64,000 nucleotides of DNA from a virus (Duplodnaviria; Caudoviricetes), in IMG/VR virus record IMGVR_UViG_3300011115_000575, positions 1,708-65,707 of that record; one strand, 5' to 3'. Both the position numbers and the translations under genes were made by a program. Position 1 is the first letter of the stretch. The number at the start of each line of letters is the position of its first letter. Positions 16,645-25,000 of this stretch are shown here, in pieces. The notes below the pieces were generated by a model. It was given only the letters and a program-made list of their open reading frames with translations. It was not told the DNA's origin and searched no databases.

Positions 16645-17312
16645 AAGTATTAGAATTGTTTGCCGGATCCCGTTCAATAGGTAAAGCTGCTGAAGAATTA
16701 GAGATGGAAGTATTCTCATCTGATCTCTTACCATTTGATGGGATAGATTACGCTTGTGACATCAGAGAGTTTGATTTAGCAAAGCTACCATTTGTTCCCG
16801 ATGTAGTATGGGCATCCCCGCCTTGTACGGCATTTTCTGTTGCCTCAATAGGCAGACATTGGAAGGGAAGTAAGAAAGGCTCTTATGTGCCATTTACTGA
16901 CTCCGCAAGACTTGGCTTAGAATTACTTGATGCAACACTAAAAGTAATTGAGCAGATTAATCCGAAGTTTTTCTTCATTGAAAATCCACGAGGATTAATG
17001 AGGAAGATGCCTCAGCTTGAGCACTTTTATAGGCACACAGTTACTTATTGCCAGTATGGGGATACGAGGATGAAGCCTACAGATATTTGGCACAACCAAG
17101 TGTCGTATCAACCAAAGCCACATTGTAATAATGGAGACCCTTGCCATACTCCTGCACCAAGAGGTTCGCAGACAGGAACACAAGGATTAAAAGGAGCTTA
17201 TAATAGAAGTAAAATACCACACGAGTTTTGCTTAGAAGTAATGGAGTTCTGCAAGAAACAGAATGAAACTTATTTACTTTTTCCCGCCACGAGACCTTTT
17301 ATCGCCCGCTGA
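16641..17312 (+). CDS. DNA cytosine-C5 methyltransferase
   Basis: LELFAG (motif I), ASPPC (motif IV), IENP (motif VI). Confidence 0.85.
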   Translation: MKVLELFAGSRSIGKAAEELEMEVFSSDLLPFDGIDYACDIREFDLAKLPFVPDVVWASPPCTAFSVASIGRHWKGSKKGSYVPFTDSARLGLELLDATLKVIEQINPKFFFIENPRGLMRKMPQLEHFYRHTVTYCQYGDTRMKPTDIWHNQVSYQPKPHCNNGDPCHTPAPRGSQTGTQGLKGAYNRSKIPHEFCLEVMEFCKKQNETYLLFPATRPFIAR

Positions 17313-17543
17313 ATCTGATTTAGAGCCTCTGTTTACGGAGGCTTTTTTCATTACAATCCCTTTGCTAGTATGTGATGCGTCCTTACCATCTCCGTTGCCA
17401 TAAGTTCCTCGCTCACGATTAACCTTAACTAACTCAACACGTTTAGCCCGTTGTTCAGGCTTCTTATTGAATTCTTTATTGTAAGCATCTTTCTTTGCTT
17501 TGGCTTCTGGATTACTTGCGTAATACTTGGCAGATTTTTTCAT
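17274..17543 (-). CDS. Small basic hypothetical protein
   Basis: K/R-rich; GDGKDASH motif. Confidence 0.65.
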   Translation of the reverse strand: MKKSAKYYASNPEAKAKKDAYNKEFNKKPEQRAKRVELVKVNRERGTYGNGDGKDASHTSKGIVMKKASVNRGSKSDSAGDKRSRGGKK

Positions 17544-17550
17544 ACCACTA

Positions 17551-18021
17551 TCAACTTTTATGATTTTGAGCTACTAAGTTACAAATTTTTATGAAATCTT
17601 TTTGACTAAATGTCCACTTGGCGAAGTTAATATCTTTATGAAGTAGTTGGATATTTCTTTTAATGTAACCCTTGTCGTTGTTAATCCTGTCGATTGACAC
17701 CATCCCATTCTCTGTATCTGTATTGAAATCTAATGGGAGACCCGACAACGCACACTTCCTATCTTGCTTAACATAAATAGACCAAATGTATTTAATATCA
17801 AACTCAAACTCTCTACCCTTTTCTAAAGCCTTTCTTTTTTTACCATCAAACCAAGAAATTGGAATTTCCTTATACTTGCCCTTATTATTTTTACCCGATT
17901 TATTATGACAACTGATACAAAGCGAATTATTTTTGGTCGCCCTTCCTAGTTCATACTTGGTGGTATAATATTGTTTTTTACCACAAGACTGACAGAACTT
18001 AAAGAACTCAGTTACTTTCAT
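17551..18021 (-). CDS. Putative HNH/His-Cys-type homing endonuclease
   Basis: CxxC pairs, KCALSGLP, SIDRI...KGY...NIQL. Confidence 0.7.
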   Translation of the reverse strand: MKVTEFFKFCQSCGKKQYYTTKYELGRATKNNSLCISCHNKSGKNNKGKYKEIPISWFDGKKRKALEKGREFEFDIKYIWSIYVKQDRKCALSGLPLDFNTDTENGMVSIDRINNDKGYIKRNIQLLHKDINFAKWTFSQKDFIKICNLVAQNHKS

Positions 18022-18308
18022 TTACTTTTTTTATTCTTTGCGGCAAAGTTTCTTGCAGCTTCTACGCTGCCAAAACCCCAAGCCTTTAAAGCTAATGCCT
18101 TTCTCGTAGGTTCTCCGTTAGGCTTCTTCATAGGACCAGCCATGCCCGCAAACCTAGCTGCAAAAGAAACCCTTCTAGGGTTAGTCCCCTCCTTAACAGG
18201 AGCTTTTAGATGCCCACCTGTCTGAGCATTGTATGAGGCTCTGCCCTTTGCATTTAAGCCTCCCGCCTTGTTTTGACCCTCCTTGCGAGTCCAAGCACCT
18301 GTTGCCAT
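18018..18308 (-). CDS. Basic phage protein (DUF6321-like)
   Basis: WTRKEG....GGLNAKGRASYN...RR.SF.ARF. Confidence 0.7.
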   Translation of the reverse strand: MATGAWTRKEGQNKAGGLNAKGRASYNAQTGGHLKAPVKEGTNPRRVSFAARFAGMAGPMKKPNGEPTRKALALKAWGFGSVEAARNFAAKNKKSK

Positions 18309-18309
18309 A

Positions 18310-18456
18310 TTATTTCTTCTTTGCAGTCTTAGCCGCTTGCTTAAATTGCTTTGCAGTGGGAGCTCCCTTGCTGCCTACCTTTCTCATTGTTTCGCCTGAG
18401 CCTGCTTCGATACGCTTTCTTTTAGCGTTAATGTTCGCATATAATCCGTTCTTCAT
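18310..18456 (-). CDS. 48-aa basic protein (not in ORF track)
   Basis: MKNGLYANINAKRKRIEAGSGETMRKVGSKGAPTAKQFKQAAKTAKKK; fills the gap exactly. Confidence 0.7.
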   Translation of the reverse strand: MKNGLYANINAKRKRIEAGSGETMRKVGSKGAPTAKQFKQAAKTAKKK

Positions 18457-18457
18457 A

Positions 18458-18925
18458 TTACTTAAAAGTTAGTCTGTATAACGTTTGTTCAACCAAACCA
18501 TTGATCTCATCTAAAATGTTTGATAACGCAGTATTTCCTAATACACACATTCTAGCACCACCTGAAATATAATCTTTAAATGAAGATAAAAATGCAACAG
18601 GAGCTTCCATTGTATATGGTTTAACCTCTAAGTCGCATCCCATCATAATACGTCCATAACATCCTTGATATGCTTCAATGAATTTATCCATTAAGTCGTT
18701 AAATCCTTCGTAGAACTCACCCATTGCCTCGTGTTCTGCAAAAGAACTTGTTTGCCAATGGAATACCTTTGCTTGAGCAGATGCTTCTAACATCTCGCAC
18801 AACAATTCTTCTTGAGGGTCTTCTACTTCTCCTGATTCAGATGCAGGTTGTGAGTAGTCACTCATTAAAGTACCAAACGCTTGTGAAGCTCTTTTGGCTT
18901 TTTGCATTTCTATTATACTTGCCAT
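18458..18925 (-). CDS. Ferritin/Dps-like four-helix protein (DUF5856-like)
   Basis: HWQT.S.AEH.A....Y......D.FIE.YQG.YGR ... LYRL. Confidence 0.75.
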   Translation of the reverse strand: MASIIEMQKAKRASQAFGTLMSDYSQPASESGEVEDPQEELLCEMLEASAQAKVFHWQTSSFAEHEAMGEFYEGFNDLMDKFIEAYQGCYGRIMMGCDLEVKPYTMEAPVAFLSSFKDYISGGARMCVLGNTALSNILDEINGLVEQTLYRLTFK

Positions 18926-18952
18926 AATATTATTATTTTCTTAAAGTTACAA

Positions 18953-19093
18953 TTATTTTTTCTTTTTCATATGCTTAAACATTTCAACTTGTTTTTCTCT
19001 TTTTTCTATTCCCGCCTTTGTTTTAGCAGTACCTAAATTTCTTCCCGTAGTTTTTGAGACTAACTGATAGCCTCCTTTGATTTTTTTTATCAT
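18953..19093 (-). CDS. 46-aa basic protein (not in ORF track)
   Basis: MIKKIKGGYQLVSKTTGRNLGTAKTKAGIEKREKQVEMFKHMKKKK. Confidence 0.65.
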   Translation of the reverse strand: MIKKIKGGYQLVSKTTGRNLGTAKTKAGIEKREKQVEMFKHMKKKK

Positions 19094-19097
19094 TTCT

Positions 19098-22000
19098 TTA
19101 TTTTTCTTTAGATTTTAATTCTTCGTAAATTTTTCTAACATTTGAATTCAAAATTCCAAATCTTCTTAAATCCTTTCTATATAATTCCATATTAGGGATT
19201 TCATTTGTTTTTTCAAATTCAACCATTATTTCTGCTTTAGCCCTTGCGTCTGGAGCAAATGCCATCGCAAAATAATCAGGTTCGTAAATTTTATACTGAA
19301 TCTTATCTTTTTTCTTTAGATTCAATGCATAGTTTTGAATTCCTTGAACATATTCTCTTCCTTGACTTTTAGCATAAACTCTAATATCATGCATAGAGAC
19401 TCCATCATCAACCATTGATTTTATTTTATCATGCATCATAAATAACTTATCTGATTCCCCCATTTTAATTTTAGCATATTCTGGGTTATCATATCGTATA
19501 TCAGGATTAGTAGTTCCTTTAAAACGGTCTTTAATAGCATCTCCAATTGAACTCGGAACAGATGTCCAAGCATTTTCTTTATTAAATTTTGAACGATAAG
19601 ATTCAGGCATCTCCGTAAACTGATTAACCGATTTATCTATTAATGAATATCCCATAGAAATAAGTGGGTTAGTCAATGGGAATATGTCATCAGCAAATTT
19701 TTGAGCTTTTGCTGGAGATAATTCAACTCCTTTTCCAAAATCCGTAGCCGCAATTGCTTTCCAAAATTCAGCAACATTTTTATTTTTAACTCCTTCTAAG
19801 AAAGGAGATGTTTTACGATTTTTATCTTGCTCAACAATTTGTTTGCTTCTCCAAATATCATAATTAAAACCATACTCAATCATACCTTTAGCTACAGGTG
19901 GCAAAATGCTACCAAATCTTGGAGCAAACATATTTGAAGTTTCTTTCCAAATACTTGTCCTTTCTTGCCATTTCTCAATACGCTTAGGGTCTTGTAAAAC
20001 TTCTTTTAAGTAAACTCCCTCTGCAATATGTTGGAATCTATTCAAAAACCATTTAACAGTTGGAGGAACAGCTACTTTAGTGTATCCTCTTGTGCCATCT
20101 GCATTTTTGTAAGTATTAAATATAACAAGGTTGTTTATGATATCTCTTTGAACATCATCATTATCATAGTCGCCCGCAGCAACCATCATATTATACATTG
20201 TCACCGCCATTACAAACAATCCAGCACCACCAATCTTCTTCCCAAATTCAACTTTATTATTAGAAATATAAGAAGCAGAGATTTTAGATACTTGCATCAT
20301 TACATTAAAGTACGGAGCAAATCCATCCAACCATTTAGATGAAGTACCACCTCTATGGTAATCCATAGCCGCTCTTGATTTATATGCAGCTTCGGTTTTA
20401 ATTTTCTCTAAATCTTCTTCTCTTGCTTCGAATCCGTTTTTCTCATAATACTGATCAACTAATCTATCTTTAACAGTTTGATATGCATTTAATTTAGATG
20501 CTAGTTCAGATATATTACCAAATGTCCCCAATCCGTCAACAATTTTACCCCAATTACCTTCCATTTGTGGAGAGTATTCACGAGTTAAACTCATCATAAG
20601 ACCTCCTGTTTCTGCAAATTCGTAAATTAAATTGCTTATTTCAGACTTGTCTCCTAAATTAAATTCAGCAGCAGTTAATCGCTTTGCCATCTCAAGAGTT
20701 CCCATCATTGCTTGCTGATATCTTTCGGCAATTGTTCCTTCGTAAATATCTGTTAAATGTATTTGAGATATTACGTCAATAGGAATGTTGGTAATAGGGA
20801 AAGCTACGTTGATACCTGTTGCAAAGGTTTTCATTATCCCTGCACCTAACCATTTAGACCAAAATTTATATTGCTCTCCTTTAAGGTCACGCATTTCAAT
20901 GTCATTGAATTCGTCTGCTAATGGTGTCTCTTCTGTATTCTTTAATTGGAATGCATATTTTTTACCATCAACCTTATAAACCATGTTTATAAAGCGATTG
21001 TCTGTAGGAGCAATGAATTTAGGAGTACCATCTGAATCTAATTTAATAGTCCCGTCTTTGTATTTTTCATATTCAGCTTCTTTGATAAACCCGTAATTAG
21101 CTAATTTAGAATCTTCAGCAAGAGCTTTCAAAGCTTTATTTGTTGAAACACGAATCTCTGCTGTAACAAGAGCTGATTGTAATAAACGAGCTGAGTCAGC
21201 ATCAAGGTAATCCATATCTCCGCCACTAATCTTCTTTAATTCATCTGAACTAAGCATAGATCCTCTATTTACAAACGAATTAGATTGTAATGGAGTTTCT
21301 TTTACCATGTTGCCATTTGCATCTTCATACAACTGACCATAAGCAAATCTTAAAAAGTTTCTTGGCTGATAATCGTAATCTTTGAACATCTCATAAGTAG
21401 CTTCAGTAATCAAACCGCTATCTAATTTATATTTCAATAAATCACTAAACGCTTTAAAGTATGTGTCCGCTCTTTTATTAAATTCAGCGTAAGCCTCTAC
21501 CCCTATCTTTTTTTCTAATTTAGCAAGTGATGCTTCAGCAGACTCTTTATTAGAAACTATTTTCTTATTCTTGTCATTTACATCATTATGCTTCCCGTGT
21601 TCTGGTCTTTCTTTAGTTTTTGCTTTTCTCATCAATTTAGCCAAATCATTTTTCAATGAATTGATAGATTCATTAGCAATTGCTTTTTCTTCAGAAGTCG
21701 ATTTAGGATTAGTTATGATAGCATTTTCATCTTCAATCTGTTGCTTAACCGCATCCGCTTGCTCTAATAATGCATTACGCTGATTATCAAAGTTGGCATC
21801 AATTGCAATTACTCTTCTTAATTGAGTAACGCTATCTACTATAGCAACTCCATTTTTATTAAGACCGCCATATATCTCTTTACGATATTTACCAAATTTA
21901 AGTTGAGCAAATTGAGATGCACCCGCTTTATTATACATCATCTGCATAGCGTATACCATCTCAGCCTTTTCAAGTTCTTTTCTGATATTTACATTACGCT

Positions 22001-25000
22001 CAAACCATTGCTTATAAAGCCCCAAATATTTACTATTAAGGAAATCTTTATTAAACCATTTAAGGAAACTATCATTTTTACGAGCTTCCATAGAGGCACG
22101 GGCAGACTGAAGTAAATCAATGTCTATTAAATCAGCTTTGTCAACTCCTGTTTTTGCACGAATAGTTTGTTGCTTTGTAATCTTAATTGCATTGGCATCG
22201 AATACAACATAATTCATTAACCCATCTTGTCTTCCTCCTTGAGCATAATATGTAGGAACTCTAATTCCATCAACTCCAGCTTGCTGTAATAACCAAGAAG
22301 CCATTTGTTGTGCTGTAGTTAAAAAATTATCTCCAGATTTATTAGCATAAGGCATAGATGCGAATCGATACTGAATAGATTCATACACATCAGACCCATT
22401 TTGAGACAAGAATTGCAACCCCTTACCTCCTCCATTATATTCGTTTAAAATAAAATTAATTACACTTAATGAGTCTTTAGTATATTGGTCTTTATAAGAT
22501 AGCATCTGCATTGCCCTTTGCATACTTAAAAGCCCCGCAAACGCAGTTGTTGCTGCTTGTTGATTATAAGGACCAGAACGATGCCAATCAAACCATACTC
22601 CATCACTAACTCTTTGCCCTGTAACGTGAGCTGTATAATGATTTCTTTCTCCGAATGCATTATACAATTTCTCTCGATTAGATTTTGAAATACTTAATCC
22701 AAGAAATCCTTTATTATCTTCTAAGAATCTTTTCCAATCTGCAAGTCTTGTATTTGGATTCTGCAATATTTTATATGCTTTTTTCTGCAAATCCTTTCCT
22801 AAAAAATCAAGGTAATTTAATCTATTCATTTTATTCCCTTGATTACTCATAGCATATGCATTAGCAACATCAAAGTCTTCACTTAAATAGATTCCCCAAC
22901 CATACGCTTGAGCACCTTCTCCTGTTCCAATTTTCTGATTATTAAATCGGGCAAAACTCCAAGGGGATCCGTGATAAAGGATTCTCTTTTGAGATATGAA
23001 TTCTACTTTATTGTCAGAACCATCTGTAACTTCTTCCTCAATTTCTTTTGAAATTACTTTCTCAGAAACAGGCATCATTTTATAATTAGCTTTTGCTATC
23101 TCAGACTTTGCCTCCTCTGTTGGAGCAAAACCAATTCCTTTTGCCACATTTGTAGCTACATTAGGGGCTTTTGGTCTTAACAACCCTTTAGGAGCAAGAT
23201 ATTCTTTTTTGAATTTAGACTTAACTGTGCCTTTTAAATCAGAGTATGTTCTTGTTTCAAAGGACTTATCACGAGATTCTTTTTCATAGAACTTATCTTC
23301 AGTATAGATATCTCTAACCATTTGATCCCTCTCTGCTTCAGTTAATTTATTAGGGTCTATTTCCGATTCTGGCTCTGCAAATTTTGCAAAGTTTTCGTTT
23401 ACTCCATATAATCCATCAAGAGTGAAATGATTAGTACCAGCAAGTTTAGCATTAAACATATCGTGAACAATACCTTTAGATTGCAACGCTTCAATTTGGT
23501 CGTCACGTTCTATTCCTTCTGGCAATACATCTAATTCAAATCCACCTACTACATACCCTCCTTTGTCATTATTAATTAAATCATCGGTTAATATTGTATT
23601 ATCTCCGTATTCTTTAAGGAAATTATAAAAACTATAATCAATTTTATTAAATGCTATTTTACTATATCTTGTCCCGACATCAGTTTTTGTGCCTGAATTT
23701 TTAGGTAAAATCCCAAGTCCAATAACTTTTCTTACATCGAATGTAGTTTTGTCAATATATTCTTGCTGCAAATCCGCTAATACTTTTTCAGACATATTAG
23801 GAGTAACCTTATTGAATATATCAATTATTTGCTGTCTTTCTGTTTTATTCTTTGCTACTTTGCTAACAGTTGTACTTGTATTGATAAAATTAGCAATAGC
23901 TTCCTTTGATTTAATTAAATCCTCTTCACTTGTATTTGCAATTTGAGATAATCCTCTGAATAAATATTTTACTCCGTAAGCATTATTGATTGCAGTAGAG
24001 GGATTTTGAATCATAATTAAAACTGCAACTTTCCCTTGTCCGTAACTATTAAATGCAGCAGTATATGTACTTTTTACTGTACTTACATTTAAACTTGCAA
24101 ATCCAATTCCATCTTTTACGTTCTGAGCATTTAATGAAAATCCAAATCCTCCAAAGATTGGCTCTCCTTTGCTGTCAACACCGTATCCTGTAGCATCACT
24201 TGTAATAATAACAACTCTTCCATTATATTTCTCAACAACATCGTTAAGGCTCATAATAGGATGAGATACAGTCTCAAGCATAGGAATAGTTTTAGGGAAT
24301 TCATAATCCCCTATACGTTTTTCGTTTATTTCATCTAACGGAGTATAATCAATTTCAGATGGGAATGGTATAGCAATACCTTCATCATATGTCTGGTCCG
24401 AAGATATCTTTTGACTAATCTCATCCGATGAAGCAGTTACACCTTCTTTAGTAAATTGCTTTGTGAATTCCATATTCACATCTGTTCCTTCTCTTAAAGA
24501 TTTTGCAAATGATTCAAAGAATTTAGCAAGTTCTTCGGTTGAATTTGTGGTAGCACCTACTTTGTCAGCAAGCTCCATTAGTAACTTATTATTAATCTTA
24601 GCAGCGTACTTTTTAACAAGCTCACGAAGCCCCAATATAAATTTTTGACCAATTGAGCGATTTAAAGCAAAGTCTACTTCAACAACAATATTTTCTCCCG
24701 CCTCATTTACTTTTGAAAATGATAATCTTTTAGCAGTAAGTACCCCAAGTAATTCAGATAAGAATTCTTCTGCCATTACATTTTCTCCTTTTTCTGCATA
24801 TAGATTAGAGAAGTTTTGTAAGTAAGAAAGTTCAGCCTTAGAAAGCATCCCTTTTAATTTATTAACCATCTCAACAAATGCTGCTGGGTCAGAATCTCTT
24901 ATAAACTTAACTGCTTCGTGGAATATCTCATGAGGAACAGTTGCGTCATCTGCAATAGATATGTTGATATGAACAACACCACTATGCTGTAATCCCATTG

